DNA of 64,000 bases from Raillietiella orientalis (GCA_036172245.1 JAYWIR010000010.1:1488001-1552000); one strand, 5' to 3'; positions 26,401 through 38,616 are shown, counted from the stretch's first letter. The notes: generated by a model not told the origin, from the sequence alone. A program made the numbers and translations.

Positions 26401-28104
26401 AACACTCTCCCGGGATCGGCGCCATGCTCGTGGGGACGATGCTGACCTCCGCCCCGGGTCGCACGAACCGCAGCCACTACAGGCCGACCCGCCTCGCTAT
26501 GGAGCTGTTCCCCGCGGTTATGACCGGGGCGACCTCGAGCAAGCTCGTCCCCTTTTGGGCCATCGCATTCTACCTGACGCTCATTGTGGCCGGACTCGGA
26601 CAGCTGGTACTCTCTCGCGGTGGAAAGTGGGAGGGAACGAGTGCCCTAACCCTCCGCCTTTTCCGTGTTTTGCAGGTCACCGTCTGGTTCTTCCTCGTGG
26701 AGAGCGTCGTGGCCGTAAATTCGAAGAAGCTGAAGCGCTTCTGGGTGTCCATCCTCGTCGCCTCCTCCACTGCCACGTTCATAATCTCCTTGCCGTTCGC
26801 GTCCCAGGTACGCAGTTCGCCTACCCACGCACCCATTTCACTCTCCATCCCCACTCTTACTCCGATCCCTCCGCAATCCACTGGTCGAACCGGGAGTGAG
26901 AGGTCACTCGTACCATCAGACTTCCGTCGTCGCCATCCACTTCTTCGACACAGTCGTCGGCAACGGCTGGTGGATCTTCGCTCTGCTGTCTTCCATGGTC
27001 ATCGTGCTGTTCCTGCTGTGTCGCTACCCCTGCGACGCCGAGGAGGTCGCGTCGCTGTTCGTACCCCTTAGCTCCCGCTTCTGGGGCTCCAGGATTCTGC
27101 TGAAGATGCTGACCATCAGCTTCACCGTGACCATCCCGATTCTCATGCTGGTAAAGAGGGAGGCTATTTTTTTTGGAGTGGTGGGGGGTGGGTGTGGGGG
27201 CTTCCCTCCTCATCTCCTACTTCCTCCACCTCTTTCTTAGTCCGTGAGCATGGAGTCCCTAAAGCTTGGTGAGATTTTTGTGTGGTCCCGGGCTCTGGAG
27301 CAATGGTCGTTCGGGGTCGCGCTCACCAGCTGGACGCTTCAGCTCCTGCCATTCTTCGTGGTCCTAGCGGTGGTGGCCTTCCAGTTCGTCCGCCATCTGT
27401 GCTGCAGCGGCTCGCGGGACCTCAGTCAGGTGAGCCTCCCCTTCCCAATCGGACGGAGTTACAAGTGGGGAGGGCCACGGAGCAGCTCTGGAGGCCCAAC
27501 GTCAGCAGAGGTTTCGATGATGACCTGGGAGCGGTTGGTAGCGGGGGAGGAAGCGCCTCGGGGGACTTCGACGCCAGGGAGCAGCCCGAGATATCTTCCA
27601 CATCCTATGACCCGCCGCCCAAGTACGTTCCTCCGCCATCCTACGGGATCGTCATGGACAGCTGGTAGGCGCTTGACCCACCTGTCCACTCTGTACACTT
27701 CCTGCCTACCCAGGCTGACGCGGACCGTGCGCGACGGAGTCCAACAAAGCTCCAGGAACGTGAACAAGGCATTAAAGAAGATCAACTCGGATGGAGGAGG
27801 GGTCTGGAAGCTGCAACCAGTCTCGGATCTCGCACCAGTCGTGCTGGAGATGCCTCTGCGCTCTTCCGATGTCACCTACCCCTTGCCACCCGCGGCGACG
27901 GTGGCGGCAACGGCATCTCTGCCAAATTCCACCTCCGAGAGCGTCTCTAAGCCCGATCGCAGGAATCCTGCCCCAAAGGGTCCCACTTCCCGCAGGAAAG
28001 TGCCGTTCCCGCGCAGCGCCAGCCAGCCCAGCGACCCGACGATGGGCAGGGGGCGCTTCATGCGCAAGTCCAAGTCTTTACTCGTTTTCTTCGGTCACCT
28101 CTGA
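23407..28104 (+). CDS. bdg: Orphan SLC6 (sodium:neurotransmitter symporter family) transporter, bedraggled-like; multi-exon
   Basis: GT-AG exons with matching phases: 23407-23551, 24021-24151, 24238-24379, 24446-24503, 24618-24754, 24842-24996, 26013-26235, 26332-26606, 26676-26807, 26920-27150, 27241-27429, ~27486-27664, 27714-28104 (TGA). Spliced protein: WPHDFS..SCILGWYNIDRFG (degenerate TM1 GNVWRFP), GPFLLYFFVFTAVFGVPML..MALGQ..MWNLCPVFMGIG, LGRIVYFT, WLITMREVVMIWG, RDA, ELFPA, FWAIAFYLTLIVAGLGQL, C-terminal DPPPKYVPPPSY. The WPH..NIxRF, REVxxxWG and PPKYxPPPSY motifs resemble Drosophila Bedraggled (from memory; orthology not tested). Confidence 0.88.
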
Positions 28105-28450
28105 CCCGTGACCTCCTGTTTCCTGTGATAGCTTCGGTTGCGGACCGGAACCTCCCTCTCCTCCCCCCTTCCTCGTCGGAGCCGCTGCCGAAAGCCGTGT
28201 CGCCTGGAGACGAAGGGCCAAAACGAAGAAAAGAGAAGGAGGAGGAAGAAGAGGACAGATTCAAAGAGAGGGAGAGAGAGATAAATACACGCACACTCAC
28301 ACCCACGCACACACGCACTCAGTTTGACTCTGAGTTTGGAAGAGCCGTTGGAGTTTCCCTTGCAGGCGCTAGCGCAGTCCCTTTCGATCCAAGAGCAGCC
28401 TTTCCCGGAAGCCTCCTGGAGCGTCACACGTTATGGTGGACCTCACAGCC

Positions 28451-28456
28451 AATAAA
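28451..28456 (+). promoter_or_regulatory. Candidate polyadenylation signal of the SLC6 gene
   Basis: AATAAA about 350 nt after the TGA at 28104. Confidence 0.45.
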
Positions 28457-30498
28457 ACGCCTTGCTTGCACCCAGGCGAGACCTTCAGCCAGAGTTTTTT
28501 TTCTCTCCCTCCTTCTTTCTTTTGAAGGGGAGGAGGGGGATTCTCTCCCTCCGAGAGGAAATGGAGGAGCGTCGTCGTCTCGCTGTCCCCGCAGGAAGTG
28601 GCTGCAGGGGGCAGGGGTGGACTGGGGGGAGAGTCTGGAATGAGATGCGCTGAGGAGGAGTCAGGGATTACTCCCTCCGGCGGTCCCAAGCGAGGAGTTA
28701 CTTTTCCCGGGAGGAGGCGCTTCCCGGACATCCTGTTTCATGTGTCCCTTCCTACTTCCCCGTCGCTCGGGAGAGAGGGCTCTCCCGGAAGATCTGGGAA
28801 GATGATCCCGGAGGCAGGAAAGATGCGAGGAGACCGTGTCCCTCCTAGTCGGGAAAGCAGGGGTGCAGTCCTTCTCCCGCCCTCCGTCGCTCCCGGTTCG
28901 TCCTCTCTCCATCCTAGCTTCGTCCTGAATCCCCTCCCCAGAAGAGAAGGGGGAGATGCTTGCCGAGCCGTTTCCAGTTCCCGGAAGTCGAGCAGCGCGC
29001 TACCCTACGCCTTCCTGAGGTGCGCTCGAAAGAGGATCCTGGTCCAGTTCCCGGAGATCTGGAAGGGTCTTTCGATCTTTGCTGTGCTCTCCCTCTTCCC
29101 TCAAGCTACCTCTTCTTTTCTCTCAAAGATGGGGCGCAGGTGGTCTCCCGAAACGATGGCGGAGAAGCGGGGGTTGGGACGAGGAAACGGTTCGGGCGCA
29201 ATCCCTCGGGACTCTGACAGCGGACGATCCTGTACGAGTTCCGAGGGAGAGAGTTCTCCATCACGCCCTCCGGAAGCTGTCCCCCGTGCTGCAAAGACGG
29301 CTACCCCATTCTTCGCCTCCACCAGTGGACGAAGAGTTCGTCTTGCGCATGCGCGCGCGGACGACGGTGAGCATGCGCAAGTCAGGAGTGAATCCATCAC
29401 CTGCACGGAGACGTCATCATCTCGAAGAGTGACCTCGTTCCCGCAGCTTAAACGCTCCAGGCTCCGAACTTGAGGGTCCGAGGACTTCTGGACGCTCCCC
29501 GCAGAGGAGCTGCCGTCGTTTCCGAGCCAAAAGATCCCGAAGCTGCGTAAGCGAGCATGGGGAGCCGGGGAGGGCAAGGATAAGGGAGGAACTTGCAAGA
29601 AAGCACCGCTATCTGGCAGAGGAATGCGACGGTGCGGAGACTGTAGAAACGGCCATCCGAGGCGATTCTCAGGGGACTGGAGTCTTCTTCGGGAGGTGAG
29701 ACTTTGCTCGAATGGGGAGGAGCATCGCAGGAAGCGGCTCGGTGACTCCGGAAAGCGCTATCCTCTTCTCCCGAGGGTCATACACCCCTAGAGCAACGAC
29801 TGGACGTTCACCGATAGTCAGAAGATCCCGGAGAGCATGCCTGCTCATCAGCCATGGCTAGCCGGGTCACCCGCAGAGAGGTCCTCCACCTGCGGATCTT
29901 CGAGCACTGCCCTGTCCCTTTCCTTCTCGTTACCAGCTCGCAAGATCTTCCCAGAAGGGGACGGGAAGGTGAACCTTTGGGAACTTTTAGATACCGGTAG
30001 TGTGCAGCTTTCCTCAGGTCCTACGGATGCGTCAGCACTCCTGCGCCGTCACAAAGAATGGGGAACGTTCCCTCCAGAGGGGAGAGAACCGACAGATGAA
30101 GTGGTGGAGTGGCCAGAGGGAAGAGGCAGCTGTGGATGAGCGACGCCTCTTTGATGTTCAGACTCTAGACTACGAGTTACACCGCTGGGATCAAACCTCG
30201 GTGTTCTCTGTGTAACCAAGGAACAGGAGTTCCGCGTGCTTCTTCCCAGCTTGGAAGAGAAGGGACGGTCTTTAGGTGTTCCCTATCTCTCTCCAGTTGC
30301 CACATAGAAAAGTTCGTGACCGCCGGACCTTGGGGAGAGGAAGTTCAAAATCCCGTGCTGGAATCCTTAATCCAGAGCTCTGCCAGTGTCCCCTCCCGGC
30401 GGGTTCTATGGCACTCAGCGCTAGCTCTCCTACATGCAAGTCGCACGCCTCCTCCAGGAATGCGCAGATGGATGACTTCGAGAAAAAGGGGAAGAGGA

Positions 30499-31459
30499 GT
30501 TTGGCTTTATTGCCTTTTTTGTCGAAGAGGGTGATGGACAACCCGTGGTTCCCCACATACACGAAACGGACGAACTCCGAAGTCCCCGTTTTCGACAGCA
30601 GGATGGGACGCGACTGTTGCAAGAACCGCCGAGGAAGAAGAAGCAAGAGGCAGGAGCAGCATCGTTGCTGTAACACGGCCGCACTCTTTCAGAGCCAGCT
30701 TCGGTGCTGCGGTTCCCCGGGACGTGCAGCAGTAGCAGCAGCCGATCCAGGGTATCCACATCCCCGACAAGAAGGCATCTTCATCCTCTTCCAACCCCAA
30801 AAAGAACACAGAGGCACGGCTACCGTGAGCTGCCTGCAGCTCTCTTCAGACCTAGAAGAATCGTGGAAACCACTTCCACACCACAAAAACAGGCGCAAGC
30901 AGTGGTCAATCTGCTCAATCAGCTGGTCCACGCGAGAGGTTCCTGGGCTGTTCACGAGTTCGCAGCAGAGTAGGTGACGTGGCGCCGGCCGCTCATGCGG
31001 AGGAGAACGCGGGTGAATCCTCCGCGGACTGGGCGGCAATCGCACCCGGACGACGGAGAGGCAGAGGGGTGCGACCGCCGACCCGAGGAACCCCACCAAC
31101 GGCCGACCGTCCATGTATGCCGGGAGAGCACGTGAAACCGCATCCGGGGGGAGGAAACGCGCTCCCGCCGGAAACGCTCGGCAGCGTCACCAGAAGAGGC
31201 GCCGCGAGACAGGGAGAGGCAGCGGCGAGAACTGGTTGGTGCCACGTCGCCTGACCAGCAAGAGAACTCTTCGCGGGATCCTTCGCGGTGATGAAGTGCC
31301 GGGGAGGTCGAGGATCTCCAAGAAGGAAAGCAGAGGCGCACATGGGAAGCGGGAACGATCGTGCGCTCCATCGTCCCCCACTGTTGGGACACGCGCACTC
31401 GCGTGGGTCGCTTCCCGTAGCGGCAGAACCTCCAAGAATCCCACGGCATCGCCACAAGG
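30499..31459 (-). repeat. 961-bp inverted repeat, right copy
   Basis: Reverse complement of 12787-13747 (paired coordinates sum to 44246). Confidence 0.95.
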
Positions 31460-34400
31460 GCGCACTAAGAGCTACAGACAAGCGATGGGTATCCTTAAAG
31501 TTTCCCTTTTCCCTCTCATCTGTCTTCAGCTGCCTTTCTTAACATGGATGTAACGAACAAACATCATGAATAAATGGTCGAGTCTTTGGTCATTCCTGGT
31601 TCGCCTCCAACAAGCTGCACTCCTGAGCGACGAGAACTGCTTGGAGAGCACCTGTTCCAAGGATGCCAGAGGGATGTGGATTCCCCCTTCAGCTGAATCC
31701 AAATTGAATTCCGTCTAATCTTCCGGGGAGAATCAGGCAAGATTGCCCAGCTTGATTTCCTGCTTGCGATTATCAGCTTCCTGTCTTTGCAGTAGGGTAA
31801 TCCCGTTCCAGTTTCCTTACACGCTCGCTGCACCAAGAAGGGTAACTCCAGCGGGGTCCCGCGGATATTCAGATTTTCGGCTTGACTTGAGAGGTGGGAT
31901 GAAACGTCAGGAACCAAATGCCGCTTTCCTGTTCCTGAATTACAAGGGACGCGTTTGGATAGCTGGTCAAACCGTTACTTGGACTTTGGTGTTCCTTCGG
32001 CGCACACAAGTGGAATTGTATCCAGCTCCGGGAATGGTTGCTGCTTATGTTTCCATTTTGAGTTTTGCTTAGGTTCCAAGACATTACTGTTCTATTCACT
32101 AGAGACAGCTGAGGATGACACTGCGGATGACACTGACATGAATGGTTTTCACTGTCCTGAGCAAGGGGATGCCATCTTCGTTTGCTGAAGGTCACGTTAT
32201 TGGTAGATTAATGAGCTCTTTTGCAAATTTATTAATCATAATTATTATTTTGCCCAAGCTCTTTGCCAAGAACGGAAGAGAAACAAACAGAATTGTTCAA
32301 GAGAGCATTCCTCAGAACACATCTCTTCGATTTCGTCCGGATCGAACTCACTGTTTCTAGGGAAACAGCTTCAGTAGCTAACTTCACGAGTCAGCCCATT
32401 CTTTCAAGAATATCATAAGAGAAGTTCTGGAGACTCTCCTGTAAGGAATCTTTTCTTCGGGATTCTGTGCTACCGAGACGAAGTGAAATGAGTCTTGCGT
32501 GAGTAGTGAGTGCCTCGAGAGGCAAGAAGAAAAAACAAGTTGTGGCCCATCTTGTGGAAGATGGATTAGAGAGCTCATCTTCTGAGAGATCTGATCTTTC
32601 GCTCCAGTGACATGTGAGACAACTGGCATTTTCTTGGCTTTAGAAACTGCTTCTCTTGGGAAGACCGAGAGGTGGACGCTAAGCAGACAGCCATCATTAG
32701 ATCGGTCCATTTGGCAGGATGCAGTTCCAGGAAGCTAACAGACTCAAAGTTATTGGTAGTAACTTGTTGTTATGAACTTAAATTTCTAACAAGTACTCTT
32801 GTAGCTTCTTGAAAAGTAATGGGCGAAGTCCACGCCTTATCGACTCCATCAACTGGATGCAGAACATGAAGGTACAGGTTTTAATGAGGAACTTGCTGGA
32901 GCACGCAGTGGTAGCACAGAGCCTCCTCTTGTGGGTTTTCGAAACATCCGCGAAAAATCATAGCATGGTAGTAGAATTTCTTTGCTCTTTCACAGGAAAA
33001 GCATTTTCTCAGTCATCTCTGAAAATTCTGCTTTCATCCAGGAAACTTCCTCTTTTGTGTTCTCTAGAACCTAACAGCTATTTTAGTCATTTCCATTTTT
33101 TTTCCCTTAATGGAATTGGGAGGAATCCACCACGATTGTCTCTTCAAGGTATTGCCAGAGTAAATGATAAACACGACGTCCACAGGCAGAAAATAGAGAA
33201 ACCTAACTCCATTCTGAGAACGCAAGAGTATTTCCCAGTGCAGCATGCTGTACCGGCGATGGTTTTATGCAAGAGGTCTTCTTAACGGTGTTGATGAGGG
33301 ATACATGTCGAAGCCAGAGCCTCAGGATTCCAGCTACAGGGAAAATCAAAGTGGATTTAAACAGATGACCTGTTCCGACTAGGTCGGGGACGACGCAGGT
33401 CGAGGAATAGAGAAAATCAATGTTGACTACCGCGTACCCTCCCGGCTGCATCGTAGTTCCTCCGTAAAACGAATCCACGAATTTAGGAACTCTGTCTTTG
33501 GGATTGACTTATTCCGAGGGCAGCATTCCATAAGGACTGTGCTGATGATGCTCCAGAAAATGGTTCACCCGATTTCCACCCTCCCTGGAGCTGATGGTGA
33601 TTACCATTTCAATCATCATCCATCAAGCATGAAGGTGTTTGAGCTTGCCTGCAACCTGAGACTCCTAGTGACCATTTGAACACTTCCATTTACCAGATCC
33701 AGCAGGACTGTGGTTGTGCGCAAAACGATGTCGTAAAGACAGACCATGGTGTGCAAACAACTATCAGCTAAGTTGGCATGAGGGCTTGAAGATCCACGGT
33801 TCTATTTTCGAATAGCCTTCCCTAAAATCCATCTCTCATATGCAAACTCTGGACTGTCAGTTCTTCTGTCTTCCTTAGTGGTTAAAGTTAGCCAAGCTCC
33901 ATAATCTTGGGCCACCGGTTCACAGGAAAGGAAGGTAATTTGTGATCTTGTACTAATAGGACCTTCGTGCTGGGATAATCGCGTTCTGTGGTTTCGACAA
34001 GACTTGACAAAAGATCCGATACCTATTTCAAAGATATTTCACTGGAAACAAACGCCTGTGAGGCAGCTGTCTTTCTGATTCATGATTTCTGAGTGGGAGG
34101 AAGGGGTAGGATGGGTCAAAAACATTTGTTTCCAAAGGGTCTTGGTTCTTTTCTAAAACGAGTACTCTAAGGGAAACTAATTCAAGGATTTGCTTCTTTT
34201 CGGAAGATCTGCTATTTTCCCGTTTCGACCAGTCTGTCTTGCCAGCTTCTGGAAGGGTCTTTTCCCTCCAGGAAACTTTATTCGCAAATTGCCATTAGGA
34301 ACGAATCAGGAAGCCATCCTGTATCCAGAAAAGTACTGGCCAACCAAGATGCTATTCGAGGGAGCAGAGGAAAATCCTTCAAAGATAAGGATCTGGTAAA

Positions 34401-35239
34401 CACCACAGCTGAAATGTGCAGGACGAGCTGAGACATCTCAGCTATTCTTGGTCCTTGACCAGTGGTTGAAATGACTGAAGCTTTCCCAATATTTGCTTGT
34501 TCTGTATTTACAGATGGGTCACAACTTGTTTTTCCCTTCTCGCTTGCTCTCGAGGCACGCACCACGTACGCAACGCCCACTTCACTTCGTCTCGGTGGCA
34601 CGAACTCCCGGAGGAAGGATTCATGGAAGAAGAGCCTCCAGAACGTTTAGTATGCAATTCCAGAACTTCTCGTATGAGATTTTTGAAATACTGGAAAAGT
34701 GTGTTTTATTAAGGGTTATCCGGTCTGCGCTGTGGGAAGCATCGCAACTGATGCTTCCCAAAGAGCATATTGGATATTCTATACCTGCTTGTGTTAGAGT
34801 AGGGGCACCTTTTTTTTAAGTACTCTAACTAGCAGGAGAGGTAGACTGCACCCTATTTGCCTTAGATCTGTTCACAAGTAGATCTCCACTAATCATCGTA
34901 TTATCATAATCCTCCTCTTCGTATTTCTTGTATTTCTCGAGGAATGGATCGGGAATGGTTAGAACAGTGCTGAGAATAAAGGTTAAGAGGAATGATCTCG
35001 TGCGTCTGGACATGGGTCCAAACGCTGCTGAGCAGAACTCTGCGAAAACCACTTTGTTTTCCTCCTTGAAATGCGGCGAACTCCGCCCAGGTTCGATTTC
35101 TTGGCGCTTTCACGATCTCTGTTTGGCCACGCGCTGCATCTTTCGATCCTTTCCAAGTGTCCTCATCTTCTGCTCACCATTTGGCGCAACAGTGCTTCCC
35201 TTTGAGAGGCTTGCCTTGCGACTCATGTTCCTCCAAAGT

Positions 35240-36017
35240 GGGGGGGCCATTATCGGGAGGGGATCCCGCCTTGTCGGCCCTGTGACTGAGGCTCCAGGTG
35301 TTGCGGGTTTGAGTCCCGCCCGGGGAAGGATCGACACTTTGCTTCAGGATGACGCTGGTTGGCCCATGAGCTTCGGTTGCGGCACCAGTGGAAGCCCCCG
35401 GATGCCCCCGTCGGCTGGCCGGGACTGGAAGTTGACCCCCCTCTGCGGTCCTTCCAGAGCATCAAGGACTCCTTCGAGGTTCCCCTCCGGTTGTGATAAT
35501 GGAGTCGTATCCCCTCCTTTTGGGGGGAGGAGACCCTTCATCGCGTACCATAGAGTTGGTTGAAACCTCCCTCGGAGAGCTGTCTCTCCAGCATGTCAGG
35601 AGAGCGCCTGCTTCCTTCGGAGAACGCCCTTCAGGGAAATTGAGAGCGTCCCTTCGGGGTTCTCTTCAGAGGAGGAAAGAAAGAGTGGTTCCCTCCGGAG
35701 AAGAAATGAAGAGTGCCTTCCCTTTCGGAAGGAGTCTCTCCGGAGCGAAAAAGGAAGATATTCCCTTCGGGGTTACCTGCGGAGACAACTAAGGCGAGGA
35801 AGGTTCCCTTCGGCATTCCCTCCCAAGCGTAAGAGGAACGGACTCCTTACTCCAGAGCCCTTCCTGAATTCCTAAGGTGGTCCCTGGAGATTCTCTCCTG
35901 ACTTGAAGGGTTCCATGCTTCCTTGGGCGGTGTGGAGAGTGCCCAGGATCTTCGTGAGTCCCCCTCCCCTCAGGAGGCGAGCGGTTCTTCAGCACTTTGG
36001 GAACCAAAAAAAAAAAA
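35240..36017 (+). mobile_element. tRNA-derived SINE-like element (copy C, near full length, A-tailed)
   Basis: B-box-like GGTTTGAGTCC at 35306-35316; body homologous (inverted) to 11512-12255; A12 tail at 36006-36017. Confidence 0.7.
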
Positions 36018-38189
36018 GCAGTCGGAAGGAAAATAGTGGAAACTGAAGGGGATCGTGGGAAGCAAGATTATCGCCATTCGGTTGGTCACTCCGCAGTCAA
36101 AGAATCACCAGAAATTGGGTCAGAATCGGAGTACTCACAGGTGCGTCGTGGGACCCAGATAGCGAGTGTCTCGTGGCAATTCCCAAAGAACCCCAATCAG
36201 CTACGCGGATTTGCCTACGCTTCTTTGGATGGTGAAGCATTTTCTCGATTTCCCAAGTTCCCCACTGCAGGTCCACATCGCTAGCGATCAGTGCAGCCCA
36301 TGGATCAGTCCAGCCTTTTCCGTGGCACCTATCGGCCAGCTGGTTTTTCCACTCGATTTCGCCGGGACAGTTATTGTTAAACAGAATAATAATAATAGTC
36401 CACTAAAATGTTCAATTATGGTGAAACACTTGGTTTCACCACGTGCACCGAGCATGCCATGACCGGTGCGTAGGCCGGCGAGGTCCGTTTCCTCAGCGAC
36501 AGGGAAGGGAAAAGCGGAAAGCGAACAAACAAACAAAAAGAGAAAAAAACGGAAGGAGAAGTTTTACTGGGAAGGGAGAGCGGACCGAGGATGGGATCCC
36601 ACTTCTCCGGGAGCCAGTTAGCAAGGCAATTACTGTACCTTTCACTAGCAGGAAGAAACCCTTTCTCACAAACATTCCTTCGCTTTCCACAGAGCCTGTA
36701 GGTGACCGTCATTTTCCCGCCGAGGAGGACACGATTCCTTTCGCATAGCCCTGGAATACACGCTTCGGCTGCTCATATACCAAAATATGGCTGGCTGTCT
36801 GGGGCAAAGCATCCTCCCCCCTTCCCCAGCTTGCAATACTTTGGCTTGTGCTCCCGTTGGGCTATGAAGTCGTCGGCAGTCCTAAGGTGCGGGATTTAAA
36901 AAAACTCTTGAGGTAGAAACCTCAGTTCATGTGTTCGTTCTCGTGCACTTCATTTCTTAGCAACAAGGGAGAAGGAATGGTCGGCTCTCCTGTAGGAAAT
37001 TATTCCGCTTCAAACGATTCGACGTGGTCACGTTTGAATGCAGGTCATCATTCCAGTTGTCTGCAAATATTTCGAAACATATCAAAAAATCACGCTCAGG
37101 TGCGTGAATACATAATATGTATCTGTGAATGGATTTCGTGGTAGTGCCTTCTCTCTCTCTTTCCAAGCAACAGATAGTTCCTCATGCTGCAACGAAGATT
37201 GAGTGCAGAGCGGACTGCCTGAGCTCTCACACAAAAAACGAATGACTTTGTAGAAAAACACTTTTTGTCGTCGCTATCATTGGGATTTTCCACTCGCACG
37301 GACCCATTCAGCAGAATAGGCCCTGATTCGTCTGGAGCTCCGGCAGACAGAGAGCTTTCGAGATCGCTAACGTGTTCTCGACAGATAACTCGCAGGAGGA
37401 TAATATCTTTCGAGTAGCGTTTCACTCCTTTAATGCCGTGCAGCCTTCTGCCGATGGGCAGGGACCCGTTATTTCTTTTTGCCTTGAGTGCCACGCCTAT
37501 TTCTTCCAAAACATTACGTGCTTTTTTGAACCGAATGCACTTGCTCATCTAAACAGTGGCTGCCCTGTTTCCTCTTTGCTTTTTTTTTTCTTTGCATGAA
37601 CTGAATTCCCTTGCTGTTAGCATGTTAAAAGGGTGTGTTGAGTAAGAGATGGAGTTAAAACGTAAAGCCTTGAAGCTCTCTTCTATCTTTCGTAGATAGC
37701 CTGAATCAGCTGACTTTCCCATCCCAGGGGTTCGATGGCATGGGAAAGTTGATAGGACACCCGTTGATGGGAAAAGCCCAGTGAACGACATGGTTACACA
37801 GGATCTTTATGTCACGGGATTCGATTGAAAAAAAAAAAAAAAAAAGGCTCAAATTTTTCCTCCTTTAAAGAATGAAAGATGCAATTGGCCTGGTTGTACG
37901 GTCTTGCCTTCATCTCTCGGAAACAGAACCGTGCGGAAACCTGAAGATGGAAGGAAAGTTCGTCTGAATGGATCGGCTAATTCCTTCCCTTTCCTCCTTT
38001 CCTCCCCATTCATCCATTTTCTCAGAACGCAGTGTTTCTCTGCAGAGGCGCAGCTATTAGATTGCAGCGCCTAACGAATGTGTTCAGCGACTCATTAAGG
38101 GCACCTTTTAGTCGGAGATTCCTGTCTCTGAATAAATGGCATGGTAATAGTAGAGGAATGGCGTTTCGCTGCTTCTTTTTACGAATAAC

Positions 38190-38220
38190 ATCGCTCCTCG
38201 GCCTCTTGGCTAATACCAAA
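38190..38220 (+). pseudogene. U2 snRNA 5' fragment
   Basis: ATCGCTCCTCGGCCTCTTGGCTAATACCAAA; 4 mismatches in 30 nt to the U2 5' end. Confidence 0.65.
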
Positions 38221-38581
38221 TAGCATCGCGAATTCTTCTGAAGGAACCTCTTTCACGCAAAGGTGGATGGCAAAACACCGGCTCGTCCAAGGAGGCTGTT
38301 TTCCCGTGGAGGAGTGTTCATCCTGACTGAAAAAGAATTGGGCACACTGCTGCAAGCACGGACTCACGGCATTCCGTTGAGAAACCTTCGGCTCGAGGGC
38401 TTTCATACCGAGACGAAAAGATTCCCGAATGCAGGTTTCTCCAGGAGTGAAGACTGGGCAGGGCACGAAGAGGAAACTTTCGGGCAAGCATTTCCGAACG
38501 TTCGAGGCTTTCCGTTTCCTTTATTTGCGAAAGAATGTCTCAACCGGAAGTGGAAACCCGTTCTCCCGAACGGTGCAGCGG

Positions 38582-38616
38582 ATCGCTTCTCGGCGTTTTG
38601 GCCAATATCAAAGTGT
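38582..38616 (+). pseudogene. U2 snRNA 5' fragment
   Basis: ATCGCTTCTCGGCGTTTTGGCCAATATCAAAGTGT; 3 mismatches in 35 nt to ATCGCTTCTCGGCCTTTTGGCTAAGATCAAAGTGT; homology stops at the branch-point recognition sequence. Confidence 0.75.

Noticed and set aside
30276..30977. 233-aa ORF overlapping the inverted repeat (mirror at 13269-13961)
   Set aside because: The shared peptide only reflects the recent duplication; the N-termini differ and no transposase or other motif is visible.
12787..31459. Autonomous Polinton/Maverick
   Set aside because: Size and TIR length would fit, but there are no PolB, integrase, ATPase or capsid ORFs, no AG..CT termini and no 6-bp TSD.
33534..33584. Hammerhead-like core GTG-CTGATGA-TGCTCCA-GAAA..TTC-CAC
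   Set aside because: Stem II is 2 bp and opens with U-A instead of the usual G-C, stems I and III are interrupted, and there is a single copy; probably chance.
31500..34900. Possible coding or retroelement relic in the AT-richer region
   Set aside because: Only short broken ORFs; no motif I can support.
35560..35830. CRISPR-like array
   Set aside because: Repeats are short and degenerate, spacers are related to each other, the context is eukaryotic and there are no cas genes.
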